From contig CAWFVL010000012.1 in assembly GCA_963819195.1 (NCBI GenBank), positions 7,561-71,560 of the forward strand: a DNA stretch of 64,000 nucleotides. The letters run 5' to 3'. Under the pieces are notes generated by a model. The model made no database searches. It was not told the DNA's origin and saw nothing but the letters and a program-made list of their open reading frames with translations. Positions within the stretch are counted from its first letter, which is position 1; every line of letters begins with the position of its first letter. This document shows, piece after piece, positions 33,774-46,281 of the stretch. Made by a program: the position numbers and the translations under genes. The DNA is from an uncultured Gammaproteobacteria bacterium (GTDB lineage Bacteria; Pseudomonadota; Gammaproteobacteria; Steroidobacterales; Steroidobacteraceae).

Positions 33774-35405
33774 GTGGCATCCACCGATCGATTGAAAATC
33801 GCGCTGGCGCAGGTCAATCTGCTGGTCGGCGACGTGCGCGGCAATCTCGAGCGCGTGATCGCCGAGGCGCGTCGTGCGCATACGGAGCTTGGCGCGGATC
33901 TGGTGATGTTTCCGGAGTTGACGCTCTCGGGCTACCCGCCCGAGGACCTGCTGTTCCATCGCGGCTTGCGCCACCAGATCGCCCTGGCGCTCGACGAACT
34001 GAAAACCGCCGTGCCCGAGATCGGCATCCTCATCGGCTTTCCGGAGTACTCACAGGGCTACATCTATAATTCCGCCTGTCTGATTCGCGGCGGTCAGATA
34101 CTGGCGCGGCACCGCAAGTCTTGCCTGCCAAACTACAAGGTATTCGACGAAAAGCGCTATTTCACGGCGGGCACGGAAGCAACCGTGGTCGACTTCGATG
34201 GCATCAGGCTGGGACTGCTGGTCTGCGAGGATGCCTGGGAGCCCGTACCGGCGTCCGATGCCGAGGCCAACGGCGCGGAGATTCTGCTGATCATCAACGC
34301 GTCGCCCTATGAGATTCACAAGCAGCGCGAACGCGAACTCGTGCTGGGTCAGCGGGTGCACGAAACCGGCCTGCCTGCGGTCTACGTCAATCTGATCGGC
34401 GGCCAGGATGAACTGGTGTTCGACGGCAATTCCTTCGTCGTCGACGCACAGGGGCGGCTGGCCATGCGCGCGCCGCCACTCGAAGAGGGGCTTTACTGTG
34501 TCGAGTTCGAACGTCAAGACGACAAACTTGCGCCGATACCGGGGCGCATCGAGCCTGAATGGCCCGACGATCAAATCGTCTACCGCGTACTGGTGCTGGG
34601 CGTGCGCGACTACGTCAACAAACACAAGTTCAACGGCGCCGTCATCGGCCTGTCGGGCGGCGTCGACTCGGCGCTGACACTCGCACTGGCCGTGGATGCG
34701 CTGGGCGCGGAGCGCGTGCACGTGGTCATGATGCCATCACGCTACACCTCCGAGATGAGTCGCGAAGATGCAGCGCAGCAGGCCAGGACACTCGGGGTGT
34801 CGCTGAGTACGATTTCCATCGAGAACATGTTTGCCGCCACGCTCGATGCGCTCAAGGAAGAATTTGCCGGACGCGCGCCGGATGCCACCGAAGAAAACAT
34901 CCAGGCGCGATGCCGTGGTGTGCTGCTGATGGCGATCTCGAACAAGACCGGCCGCATGCTGCTGACGACAGGCAATAAGAGCGAGATGGCGGTGGGCTAT
35001 GCGACCCTCTACGGGGACATGGCCGGCGGCTTCGCTCCCATCAAGGATTGCAGCAAGCAGCTCGTATACCGCCTGGCGCGCTACCGCAATACCGTCTCGC
35101 CGGCGATACCCGAACGCGTCATCACGCGTGAACCGACCGCGGAACTGCGGCCGGATCAAAAAGACACCGACTCACTGCCGCCGTACGAGATTCTCGACCC
35201 CATCCTCGAGGCGTTCATCGAGGACGATCTGTCGGTCGAAGAGATCTGCGAGCGGGGATTCGACCGGGCCGTGGTGGCGCGAGTGCTCGATATGGTCAAG
35301 CGCGCGGAGTACAAACGGCGGCAGGCCCCGCCGGGCGTGCGCGTCAGTGCACGAGCCTTCGGCCGCGACTGGCGTTATCCGATCACCAACGGCTACCGAC
35401 GCTAG
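33774..35405 (+). CDS. nadE: glutamine-dependent NAD+ synthetase
   Basis: Preferred start GTG 33774 (MASTDRLKIALAQVN...; alternative TTG 33792). N-terminal nitrilase-like domain and C-terminal PP-loop GLSGGVDS. The upstream part of the track ORF overlaps the sucD tail in another frame. Confidence 0.9.
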   Translation: MASTDRLKIALAQVNLLVGDVRGNLERVIAEARRAHTELGADLVMFPELTLSGYPPEDLLFHRGLRHQIALALDELKTAVPEIGILIGFPEYSQGYIYNSACLIRGGQILARHRKSCLPNYKVFDEKRYFTAGTEATVVDFDGIRLGLLVCEDAWEPVPASDAEANGAEILLIINASPYEIHKQRERELVLGQRVHETGLPAVYVNLIGGQDELVFDGNSFVVDAQGRLAMRAPPLEEGLYCVEFERQDDKLAPIPGRIEPEWPDDQIVYRVLVLGVRDYVNKHKFNGAVIGLSGGVDSALTLALAVDALGAERVHVVMMPSRYTSEMSREDAAQQARTLGVSLSTISIENMFAATLDALKEEFAGRAPDATEENIQARCRGVLLMAISNKTGRMLLTTGNKSEMAVGYATLYGDMAGGFAPIKDCSKQLVYRLARYRNTVSPAIPERVITREPTAELRPDQKDTDSLPPYEILDPILEAFIEDDLSVEEICERGFDRAVVARVLDMVKRAEYKRRQAPPGVRVSARAFGRDWRYPITNGYRR

Positions 35406-35411
35406 CCCGGT

Positions 35412-36245
35412 TCAGCCGGTATCGCGCCAGAAAACCCACCAGTGGTGGGCCGAGGAGACCGCGTAGCGGGGGTTGCCGGTGTAGTTGGCCGCGTAAACGC
35501 GCTGCACATTGGCGGCCAGGTCGGTGAAGCCGAGTTTTTGATAGCACTCGAGCAGCAGCGCCACGGCGGTGCGCTCAGCCGGCGCGCCGTCGTACTGGTC
35601 GATGACGCCCTGCGCGCGCTGCGCCGCGGCCAGGTAGGCGCCGCGCTTGACGTAGTAGCGCGCGACGTTGACTTCGTATTCGGCCAGGCGGTTGCGCAGA
35701 TAAACGAGGCGTTTAAACGCATCCTGCGCGTAGTCGCTCTTGGGGAACTGCGTCACCACGGTGTTGAAGGCCGCGATGGATTTCAATGCCGAGGCGGGAG
35801 GCCGCCGCGCCATGTCGACGCCGAACCAACGCTCGATCGCGTAGGGGGTGCGCTCGAAGTCGATCATGCCCTTCATATACCAGGCGTAATCGATGCGCGG
35901 GTGCGTCGGATTCTCGCGCAGGAACTGATCCGCAGCGTCGGTTGCCGACTCCTTTTCGCCCTTGCGGTAGTAGACGTAGATCAGATCCAGCCGCGCCTGC
36001 CGGGCTTCGTCGGTGAAGGGGAAGCGGGAGGTCAATGCCTCGTACTGCTTGATGGCATACTCGAAGTCGTTGTTGTTCATCGCCTTGTGGGCGTTGGCGT
36101 ACAGCGACTGCGCCGTGGCCTTCTTGAGATTCTTGGCCTGGCGGCTGTGGCAACCGCCCAGCAGCGCCAGAATGGCGAGCAGCAGTACCGCCCACAAACG
36201 TGCGGTGCTCAGGGAGGCGGGCGCGGTGCTGGCGATGGAACTCAA
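35412..36245 (-). CDS. bamD: outer membrane protein assembly factor BamD
   Basis: 277 aa with lipobox LLGGC and TPR-like repeats. Conserved divergent bamD/rluD arrangement. Confidence 0.9.
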   Translation of the reverse strand: MSSIASTAPASLSTARLWAVLLLAILALLGGCHSRQAKNLKKATAQSLYANAHKAMNNNDFEYAIKQYEALTSRFPFTDEARQARLDLIYVYYRKGEKESATDAADQFLRENPTHPRIDYAWYMKGMIDFERTPYAIERWFGVDMARRPPASALKSIAAFNTVVTQFPKSDYAQDAFKRLVYLRNRLAEYEVNVARYYVKRGAYLAAAQRAQGVIDQYDGAPAERTAVALLLECYQKLGFTDLAANVQRVYAANYTGNPRYAVSSAHHWWVFWRDTG

Positions 36246-36290
36246 GATCGGACCCCGGTGGAAAGTGCGCGAGTATAGCTGACCCTACCT

Positions 36291-37247
36291 GTGGCCCCGG
36301 AGTTCCAGATCCACGAGCTTGACCTGCCCCCGGCTGCAGCCGGCATGCGCCTCGATCAGGCGTTGGCAGCCGCGCTTCCCCAGTATTCCAGGGCCCGATT
36401 GCAGCGCTGGATCCGCGCGGGGGCGGTCAGCATCGACGGCCGTGCGATACGGGCCCGCGACCGGGTCCAGGGTGGCGAGCGGCTGGTGGTGCGGGCGGAG
36501 TTTCCCATCGACACCACGGTGTCGGCCGAGGCCCTGCCGCTGGATATCGTCCACGAGGATACGGCCCTGCTGGTGCTCAACAAGCCGCCCGGTCTCGTGG
36601 TACATCCAGGCGCCGGCAATCGCGAACACACCCTGCAGAATGCGCTGCTGGCCTACGATTCAAGCCTCGCGCGCGTGCCGCGCGCCGGGCTGGTGCATCG
36701 GCTCGACAAGGACACCAGCGGCCTGCTCATGGTGGCGCGCACTCCAGAGTCGCATACACGCCTGGTGACGGCCCTGGCCGCCCGCGAGGTGGGCCGGGAA
36801 TACCTGGCGCTGTGCGCGGGGGTGCCAACCGGGGGTGGCCGGATCGAGGAGCCGATCGGCCGGCACCGCACCGCGCGCACGCGCATGGCGGTCAGAAGTG
36901 ATGGGCGCGAGGCGGTGACGCACTATCGGATCGAGGAACGGCTGGGCGCCTTTACCCTGCTGCGCGTGCAACTGGAAACCGGGCGCACACACCAGATCCG
37001 GGTGCACCTGGCGCACGTGGGGCTGCCAGTCATCGGCGATCCGGTCTATGGCGGGCGCATGCGGCAACCGGCCGGCGCCTCGGAAGCCGTGAGGGCTGCG
37101 CTGCAGTCATTTCGGCGACAGGCCCTGCACGCGCAGCGTCTGCGGCTCAAGCACCCGATGAGCCGCCGGGCATTGAGCTTCGAAGCGCCGCCACCGACTG
37201 ATTTCCAGGCCCTGCTGCAGCTGCTGCGCGCGGAAGTCGGACCGTGA
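36291..37247 (+). CDS. rluD: 23S rRNA pseudouridine(1911/1915/1917) synthase RluD
   Basis: 318 aa with GTG start, S4-like N-terminus and catalytic motif HRLDKDTSGLLMVA. Confidence 0.92.
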   Translation: MAPEFQIHELDLPPAAAGMRLDQALAAALPQYSRARLQRWIRAGAVSIDGRAIRARDRVQGGERLVVRAEFPIDTTVSAEALPLDIVHEDTALLVLNKPPGLVVHPGAGNREHTLQNALLAYDSSLARVPRAGLVHRLDKDTSGLLMVARTPESHTRLVTALAAREVGREYLALCAGVPTGGGRIEEPIGRHRTARTRMAVRSDGREAVTHYRIEERLGAFTLLRVQLETGRTHQIRVHLAHVGLPVIGDPVYGGRMRQPAGASEAVRAALQSFRRQALHAQRLRLKHPMSRRALSFEAPPPTDFQALLQLLRAEVGP

Positions 37248-38005
37248 CGACCCATACGATCTTGCCGCAGTGGCCTGCCATCGCGGGCGTGCGCGCACTC
37301 TTCACGCTGCGCAGCGCTGGCGTGAGCCGCGCCCCTTATGAGTCATTCAACCTCGGGGGGCATGTCGGCGACGATCCGGAAGCGGTGAGGCAGAACCGTC
37401 GACAGTTGTGCCAGGCACACCAGCTGCCGCAGGAGCCGCTGTGGCTCGAGCAGGTCCACCAAACGCAGGTGGTGGACGCTGACCAGGCTTCTCTGACGGG
37501 CGCGGCGCTGGGGCCGCCGCGCGGCGACGCGGCGCTCAGCCGGCAGGCCGGCAGAGTGCTCGCGGTGCTGGTGGCCGACTGCCTCCCGGTGCTGTTCGCG
37601 GCCCGTGATGGCAGCGCCGTGGCCGTGGCGCACGCAGGTTGGCGCGGCCTCGCGGCCGGCGTACTGGAGGCGACCGCAGCGGCCCTGGCCAGCCATGCTC
37701 CGCTGCAGGCCTGGATTGGCCCGGCCATCTCGAGCCGTCACTTTGAGGTGGGCCCAGAGGTGCGCGAGGCCTTTACGGCGCGCTCGCCCGCTGCCGCAGC
37801 GGCCTTTACCGCCAATGATCGCGGGCGCTGGCAATGCGATCTGCAGATGCTGGCACGGGGCCGGCTTGCGGCCGCTGGCGTCAGCTCGGTTTACGCCGAT
37901 GCGGGCTGCACCTATGCCGAGCCGCAGCGTTTCTATTCCTACCGCCGCGACGGCAGCACCGGACGTATGGCGGCCCTGATCTGGCGGGAGGCGGCGCGAT
38001 GTTAG
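37244..38005 (+). CDS. pgeF: peptidoglycan editing factor PgeF (YfiH/DUF152, laccase-domain protein)
   Basis: 253 aa with the GTG start overlapping the rluD stop. Motifs VADCLPV, HAGWRG, YSYRRDG. Conserved rluD-yfiH pairing. Confidence 0.88.
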   Translation: MTTHTILPQWPAIAGVRALFTLRSAGVSRAPYESFNLGGHVGDDPEAVRQNRRQLCQAHQLPQEPLWLEQVHQTQVVDADQASLTGAALGPPRGDAALSRQAGRVLAVLVADCLPVLFAARDGSAVAVAHAGWRGLAAGVLEATAAALASHAPLQAWIGPAISSRHFEVGPEVREAFTARSPAAAAAFTANDRGRWQCDLQMLARGRLAAAGVSSVYADAGCTYAEPQRFYSYRRDGSTGRMAALIWREAARC

Positions 38006-38015
38006 AGTCCGGTTG

Positions 38016-38789
38016 ATGCTGGGCTGGATTCTTTTGGCGACTTTCTTCGGCGGCGCGCTGAGCGCGGCGCTGGCGAGCCTGTTCCTGCTGCTGCCGGAAT
38101 CGCGCCGAACCTGGCTGCTGCCGCACCTGATCAGTTTCGCTACCGGCGCCATGCTCGCCGCAGCGCTCATCGGGCTGCTGCCCGAAGCCATCGAGAGCGT
38201 CGGTCCGCAGCGCATTCAGGCCATCGGAACCGCGGTGCTGGCCGGTATCGCGCTGTTCTTTGTGCTCGAGAAATTCGTGCTGTGGCGCCATTGTCATGCC
38301 GAGACCTGCGAGACCCACTCGCCGCATGAAAGCCACCGGGACCGTGCCGCCGGCTGGATCGTCCTGTTCGGGGATGGCGTGCATAACGCCTTCGACGGCG
38401 TGCTGATTGCCGCGGCGTTCCTGACCGACACGAAACTCGGTGTGGTGACGACACTGGCGATCACGGCACACGAGATTCCGCAGGAACTGGGCGATCTGGC
38501 GGTGTTGCTGCACGCGGGCATGAGTCCCAAACGGGCCCTGTGGTTCAACGCGGCCAGCAGCCTCACCTCCATAATCGGCGGGCTGCTGGGCTATGTCGCC
38601 CTGCGCAGCACGCTCGATGTGCTGCCCTATGCGATTTCAGTGGCCGCGGCGTCGTTGATCTACGTGGCGGTGGCCGACCTGATCCCCAGCCTGCACCGTC
38701 GGGTGGACCCACGAGCGGGGGTGACGCAGGTGTTGCTGATCGGTTGCGGGGTGGCGGTAATTGCCGCGGCGGAGCGCTGGCTGGCTTGA
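38016..38789 (+). CDS. ZIP-family divalent metal (zinc) transporter
   Basis: About 257 aa, polytopic, with a His-rich loop (HCHAETCETHSPHESH) and the ZIP motifs GDGVHNAFDG and HEIPQELGD. Confidence 0.8.
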   Translation: MLGWILLATFFGGALSAALASLFLLLPESRRTWLLPHLISFATGAMLAAALIGLLPEAIESVGPQRIQAIGTAVLAGIALFFVLEKFVLWRHCHAETCETHSPHESHRDRAAGWIVLFGDGVHNAFDGVLIAAAFLTDTKLGVVTTLAITAHEIPQELGDLAVLLHAGMSPKRALWFNAASSLTSIIGGLLGYVALRSTLDVLPYAISVAAASLIYVAVADLIPSLHRRVDPRAGVTQVLLIGCGVAVIAAAERWLA

Positions 38790-38813
38790 ATTTGATTGGG
38801 ACGGGCCCCAGAT
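38785..38813 (+). promoter_or_regulatory. candidate sigma32 heat-shock promoter of clpB
   Basis: CTTGAAT-N14-CCCCAGAT compared with the consensus CTTGAAA-N13-15-CCCCATNT. It ends 39 nt before the clpB ATG. The -35 element overlaps the ZIP gene stop codon. Confidence 0.6.
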
Positions 38814-38852
38814 ATGGTGCAAAGCACATAGCTCGACCGCAGGTACTTCCCC

Positions 38853-41453
<2,601 letters not shown>

Positions 41454-41507
41454 TCGCGCAAGCTGCGGCTGCTAACTGCGGCTGCTAAGCTGGTGGCGGG
41501 AGGTGGT

Positions 41508-42014
41508 ATGCACGATCTCAAGCGCCACATAGTCGAAGTGCCCGATTTTCCGCGAGCGGGCATTTTGTTTCGTGATTTCACGCCGCTGCTGCGCTCGCAA
41601 TTCGCGGCGACGCTGGATGCGCTCGACGGCCTGTTCGGGGAGCCGGAGTGGAATGCGACCGATGCAGTCGCCGGCATCGAGTCGCGCGGCTTCATTCTGG
41701 CGGCGGGACTGGCTGCGCGGCGCGGCAAGGGATTCGTGGCCATACGAAAGGCCGGCAAGCTGCCGCCTCCGGTCGAGGCGGTCGACTATGCGCTCGAATA
41801 CGGCAGCGGCGTGCTGGAGCTGCAGCGCGGCAGCGGCCGCTTGCTGCTGATCGATGATGTGGTCGCGACCGGGGGCACCATGGATGCCGCCGCGCGCCTG
41901 GCGCATGCCGCGGGCTACGAGGTAGGCGGGTTTGCGGCGCTGATCGATCTGGGCCTCGCCGGTGAATTCAAGCGGAGTGAGATGACGCTGCGGACTGTCA
42001 TTCGCTATGACTGA
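41508..42014 (+). CDS. apt: adenine phosphoribosyltransferase
   Basis: ATG at 41508 preceded by GGAGGTGG. PRPP motif LLIDDVVATGGTM. The track start GTG 41493 is less likely. Confidence 0.9.
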   Translation: MHDLKRHIVEVPDFPRAGILFRDFTPLLRSQFAATLDALDGLFGEPEWNATDAVAGIESRGFILAAGLAARRGKGFVAIRKAGKLPPPVEAVDYALEYGSGVLELQRGSGRLLLIDDVVATGGTMDAAARLAHAAGYEVGGFAALIDLGLAGEFKRSEMTLRTVIRYD

Positions 42015-42597
42015 GCGTCGTTCGACGCTGGTCGTCATGGCGCTTGAGGTAGAGGGGCAGGGTTTGTTCGAGCGGGCCGGTGTGCCGGTACTGTACACCG
42101 GGCTCGGCAAGGTGAATGCCGCGCTGGCACTGATGCGGGCGCTGCGAGACCGCCGCCACGAAGGCCTGGCGATGCCCCTGGTGCTCAATTTCGGCACCGC
42201 GGGCAGTCATATCCTCAAGACCGGAAGCCTGATGGCTTGCCGGGAGTTCGTGCAGCGGGACATGGATGTCAGCGGCATCGGCTACCCGCTGGGCGTGACC
42301 CCTTTCGAGCAGATCCCCGCCCGGATCGAATTTCCGGCCGTGTTCGAGGAGCTGCCACCGGCCTTGTGTGGCAGTGGGGACTCCTTTCAGACGGGGGTGG
42401 CCAAATTGCATTGCGAGGTGATCGATATGGAGGCCTACGCTCTGGCAAAGGTCTGCCATCTCGAGGGCGCCGCATTCGGCTGCGTCAAATATGTCACCGA
42501 TGGGGCAGATGGCTCGGCGGCCGAGGACTGGCAACGCAACCTGCCGCACGCGGCCGCGGCCTTCTGGCAGCTATACCAGCGCCACTGCCGTCTATAA
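42007..42597 (+). CDS. short nucleoside phosphorylase/nucleosidase-family protein (MTA/SAH-nucleosidase-like, PNP_UDP_1 fold)
   Basis: 196 aa. ...VVMALEVEG...TGLGKVNAA...GTAG...CGSGDSF...VIDMEAYALAKVC resembles MtnN-type nucleosidases but is shorter. 8-nt overlap with apt. Confidence 0.55.
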   Translation: MTERRSTLVVMALEVEGQGLFERAGVPVLYTGLGKVNAALALMRALRDRRHEGLAMPLVLNFGTAGSHILKTGSLMACREFVQRDMDVSGIGYPLGVTPFEQIPARIEFPAVFEELPPALCGSGDSFQTGVAKLHCEVIDMEAYALAKVCHLEGAAFGCVKYVTDGADGSAAEDWQRNLPHAAAAFWQLYQRHCRL

Positions 42598-42633
42598 TCA
42601 GCCGTTCATTCCCCAATCGCAGCAGCCAGAGCC

Positions 42634-43149
42634 ATGCCGATCTACGAATACGAGTGCAGTCAATGCCGTTACTACCTCGAGGTCATGCAGAAGATCAGTG
42701 ACGCGAAACTCAAGAAATGCCCTTCATGCGGGAAGAATGCGCTGCAAAAGCTGATCTCGGCGCCCGTGTTCCGGCTCAAGGGATCCGGCTGGTACGAAAC
42801 CGATTTCAAGTCCGACCAGGAGCGCAAGCGCAATCTGGCGGGCGCCGAAAAGGATGAGGCGCCTGCGGAGCCGAAAGGCGCCAAGGACAGCAAGGACGGT
42901 AAGGATGCCGCGGATGGCAAGAGTGCCGCTGATGGCAAGGACGCCAAGGGCAGTGGGACCGACTCTGCGGCTGCGGCCAAATCCTCCACCGGCGATGCCA
43001 AGGGAGAATCCGGCGCCGCCGACAAAGGACGCAAGAAGGCCGACAAGGCACCGGAGCGCGCAGCGTCCCGAAGCGGCCGCAGCGCCAAGAAGACCCCTAA
43101 GCGTCCCGCCGCCAAATCGAAGAGCAGCCGCAAGCGGGGACGACGTTGA
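42634..43149 (+). CDS. FmdB-family zinc-ribbon protein with long charged low-complexity tail
   Basis: N-terminus MPIYEYECSQC...CPSCG (CxxC-CxxC zinc ribbon). It is followed by roughly 100 aa rich in K, D, G and A, ending ...[20 protein letters not shown]. Confidence 0.75.
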   Translation: MPIYEYECSQCRYYLEVMQKISDAKLKKCPSCGKNALQKLISAPVFRLKGSGWYETDFKSDQERKRNLAGAEKDEAPAEPKGAKDSKDGKDAADGKSAADGKDAKGSGTDSAAAAKSSTGDAKGESGAADKGRKKADKAPERAASRSGRSAKKTPKRPAAKSKSSRKRGRR

Positions 43150-43817
43150 CCGGAGATGTCGTCAAGCTGATCTTGCGCCGCTACCTGATCGCGGGGCTGC
43201 TGGTGTGGCTGCCCATCATCGCCACGGTGCTGGTGGTCCGTTTCATCCTGGACATGATGGATCAGCTGCTGCCGCGTCCGCTGCGCCCGGAAAACTTGCT
43301 CGGGGTGCACATTCCGGGGCTCGGCGCGCTGCTCGCAGTGCTGCTGCTGCTGGCGACGGGACTGCTGGTCACGAACATCATCGGACGCAGCCTGGTGCGC
43401 GCCTGGGAAGACTTCATGAACCGCATCCCGTTCGTCCGCGCGGTCTACGGCGGGGTCAAAAGCTTCTCGACCACGATCCTGTCGAACAGCGGCAACTCAT
43501 TCAAAAAAGTACTGCTGATTGAATATCCGCGCGCGGGTGCCTGGAGCGTGGGCTTTCAGACTGCCTCGGACCTGCGCCTGTCGAGCGCGCAGGGGGATGA
43601 ACCGAACGTCTGCGTGTTCATTCCGACGACACCCAACCCGACCTCCGGTTTCATCGTGCTGGTGCCGCGCTCCCAGGCGATCGAACTGGATATCAGCATT
43701 GATTCGGCCATGAAAATGATCGTGACGCTGGGTGTGGTCGTCCCGACCACCACGGGCAGCATGCGCGCGCTCAAGGTCGATGGCGTACCGGAGCACACGC
43801 CGGCGCCCACACCCTGA
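43146..43817 (+). CDS. DUF502-like membrane protein
   Basis: 223 aa with TTG start overlapping the previous stop. Two N-terminal TM helices and a conserved ...[12 protein letters not shown]...[10 protein letters not shown]... segment recalled from DUF502 proteins. Confidence 0.6.
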   Translation: MTGDVVKLILRRYLIAGLLVWLPIIATVLVVRFILDMMDQLLPRPLRPENLLGVHIPGLGALLAVLLLLATGLLVTNIIGRSLVRAWEDFMNRIPFVRAVYGGVKSFSTTILSNSGNSFKKVLLIEYPRAGAWSVGFQTASDLRLSSAQGDEPNVCVFIPTTPNPTSGFIVLVPRSQAIELDISIDSAMKMIVTLGVVVPTTTGSMRALKVDGVPEHTPAPTP

Positions 43818-43854
43818 CGCGTATCCGACGACGATTCCATTGCACGAAGAAGCT

Positions 43855-45630
43855 ATGCGAAGCCACTATTGCGGACAGGTAAACGAGAAGCTGGTATCCC
43901 AGAGTGTCAGTGTTGCCGGCTGGGTACACCGCCGGCGCGACCACGGCGGGGTGATATTTGTGGATCTGCGTGACCGGGAAGGCCTGGTGCAGATCGTGTT
44001 CAATCCGAGCGCGAGGGCGGTATTCGAAATCGCCGAAAAACTGCGCCATGAATTCGTGGTGCGCGTGCAAGGCCTGGTGCGCGAACGCCCTGAGGGAACG
44101 GTCAACGCCAATCTGGCATCCGGCCGCGTTGAGATCGTGGCCACGGAGCTTGAGCTGCTCAATCGGTCCGATCCGCTGCCGTTCCAGCTCGATGAGACGG
44201 TCAACGAAGAAGTGCGGCTGCGCTACCGCTACATCGATCTGCGGCGAGAGGTGATGAGCAAGCGCTTGCGGCAGCGCCATCGCATCACGCGCTCGATGCG
44301 TGGTTTTCTGGATGCGCATGGGTTCGTCGATATCGAGACGCCGATGCTGACCAAGGCGACCCCAGAGGGCGCGCGGGATTACCTGGTGCCAAGCCGGACC
44401 CATCCGGGAAAATTCTTTGCGCTGCCGCAGTCGCCGCAGATCTTCAAGCAACTACTGATGATGGCCGGCATGGATCGCTACTATCAGATCGTGCGCTGCT
44501 TTCGCGACGAGGATCTGCGGGCCGATCGCCAACCGGAGTTCACGCAGCTCGACGTCGAAACCTCGTTTCTGACGCAGGATCAGATCATGCAGCTCATGGA
44601 GGAGCTGGTGCGGACGCTGTTCGCCGAAGTGCTCGGCGTGCAGCTGCCGTCGCCGTTTCCCCGCATGAGCTATCAGGAGGCGATGCGCCGCTTCGGCTCG
44701 GATAAGCCAGACCTGCGCGTGGACCTTGAACTGGTGGATGTGGCGGATCTGGTGAGCGCGTGCGATTTCAAAGTGTTCGCGGCGCCCGCGCAGGATCCCG
44801 GCGGTCGAGTGGCGGCATTGCGCGTGCCCGCTGGCGGCGCGCTCACGCGCAAGGAGATCGATGAATACACCGCCTTCGTGGCCCGCTACGGCGCGCGGGG
44901 GCTGGCGTATATCAAAGTGAATCAACGGGCGCTCGGACGCGAAGGCCTGCAGTCCCCGATCGTCAAGTTTCTGGACGATGCCGCCATCGAGGGCATTCTC
45001 GCGCGTTGCGGCGCCGCCGATAACGATCTGATCTTCTTTGGCGCCGATAAGTCCAAGGTCGTCAGCGATGCCCTGGGAGCGTTGCGGCTGAAGGTGGCGC
45101 AGGACCGCGGGCTCTCCCGCCCCGGCTGGCAGCCGCTGTGGGTAGTCGATTTCCCGATGTTCGAGTGGGATGCGGACGGCAAGCGCTGGGCCGCCATGCA
45201 TCACCCGTTTACCTCGCCGCGCAACGACGAGCCGGAGGCGCTGCGCGCGGATCCCGGGCAGGCGCTGGCACGCGCCTACGATATGGTGCTCAACGGCTCG
45301 GAGATCGGCGGCGGGTCGGTGCGAATCTTCCGCGAAGACATGCAGTCGGCGGTATTCGGGCTGCTCGGCATCAGCGCGGAGGAGGCGCGGCTCAAGTTCG
45401 GCTTCCTGCTCGATGCGCTTCGGTACGGCTGCCCGCCGCATGGCGGCATCGCTTTCGGTCTCGATCGGCTCGCGATGCTGATGGCGGGCGCCGACAGTAT
45501 TCGCGAGGTCATCGCATTTCCCAAGACGCAGACTGCGGCCGATCCGCTGACCGACGCCCCGACAGAAGTCAGTGAGGCGCAGTTGCGCGAGCTGCACATC
45601 CGCGTGCGCACGCCCCCGCCGAGCAGCTGA
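43855..45630 (+). CDS. aspS: aspartate--tRNA ligase
   Basis: ATG at 43855 ([13 protein letters not shown]...), 591 aa, with class II motifs ([18 protein letters not shown]; GGGSVRIF). Confidence 0.96.
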   Translation: MRSHYCGQVNEKLVSQSVSVAGWVHRRRDHGGVIFVDLRDREGLVQIVFNPSARAVFEIAEKLRHEFVVRVQGLVRERPEGTVNANLASGRVEIVATELELLNRSDPLPFQLDETVNEEVRLRYRYIDLRREVMSKRLRQRHRITRSMRGFLDAHGFVDIETPMLTKATPEGARDYLVPSRTHPGKFFALPQSPQIFKQLLMMAGMDRYYQIVRCFRDEDLRADRQPEFTQLDVETSFLTQDQIMQLMEELVRTLFAEVLGVQLPSPFPRMSYQEAMRRFGSDKPDLRVDLELVDVADLVSACDFKVFAAPAQDPGGRVAALRVPAGGALTRKEIDEYTAFVARYGARGLAYIKVNQRALGREGLQSPIVKFLDDAAIEGILARCGAADNDLIFFGADKSKVVSDALGALRLKVAQDRGLSRPGWQPLWVVDFPMFEWDADGKRWAAMHHPFTSPRNDEPEALRADPGQALARAYDMVLNGSEIGGGSVRIFREDMQSAVFGLLGISAEEARLKFGFLLDALRYGCPPHGGIAFGLDRLAMLMAGADSIREVIAFPKTQTAADPLTDAPTEVSEAQLRELHIRVRTPPPSS

Positions 45631-45642
45631 TACGGCGTCGCG

Positions 45643-46281
45643 TTGGGCGCTGAATCCGCCGCCGTCGTCTATGTACACGGGCTGTGGATGCCTGGCTTCG
45701 AAGGCGCCCTGCTGCGGCGGCGCCTGCGCACGCAGCACGGATTCAGAACTTACGGGTATGGCTACCATTCAGTGCGGGATCCAATGTCCGCGCTGTGCGC
45801 CGGGCTGCGTCAGCTGATCGCGCGGATCGATGCGCCGCAGGTACATCTGCTGGGCCATAGCCTCGGAGGTCTGGTGGTGCTGCGCTTTCTGCAGCGCTAC
45901 ACCATGGCACAACCGGGACGCGTGGTATTTCTGGGCACGCCTTGCGCAGGATCGAGTGTCGCGCGTCGCCTCGCGCGCTGGCAGGTGGGTCAGAGAATGC
46001 TCGGTCCAGTGGCCTGCGAAGAACTGGTGCAAGCGGGTCGCCGCCGCTGGGATCAGCCGCGGGAACTCGGCATCATTGCCGGTACGCGGCCGGTCGGTCT
46101 TGGCCAATTGCTGCTAACATTCCCGGACGCCAATGACGGCACCGTGGCGGTCTCGGAGACCGAGTTGCCGGGCGCCAAGGACCGGCTGTGCCTGCCGGTC
46201 ACCCATTCCGGGATGCTGTTGTCGGCGCGAGTGGCACAGGAAGCAGGGAGTTTCCTCCAGCATGGACGATTCGGAGCCTAG
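45643..46281 (+). CDS. alpha/beta-fold hydrolase (lipase/esterase-like)
   Basis: 212 aa with TTG start, VVYVHGLW oxyanion-like segment and nucleophile elbow GHSLGG. Confidence 0.6.
   Translation: MGAESAAVVYVHGLWMPGFEGALLRRRLRTQHGFRTYGYGYHSVRDPMSALCAGLRQLIARIDAPQVHLLGHSLGGLVVLRFLQRYTMAQPGRVVFLGTPCAGSSVARRLARWQVGQRMLGPVACEELVQAGRRRWDQPRELGIIAGTRPVGLGQLLLTFPDANDGTVAVSETELPGAKDRLCLPVTHSGMLLSARVAQEAGSFLQHGRFGA

Noticed and set aside
41463-41488. Perfect 13-bp tandem duplication CTGCGGCTGCTAA x2 between clpB and apt.
   Set aside because: It is probably a simple slippage duplication. It has no hairpin potential or recognisable motif, and it is too short to interpret.
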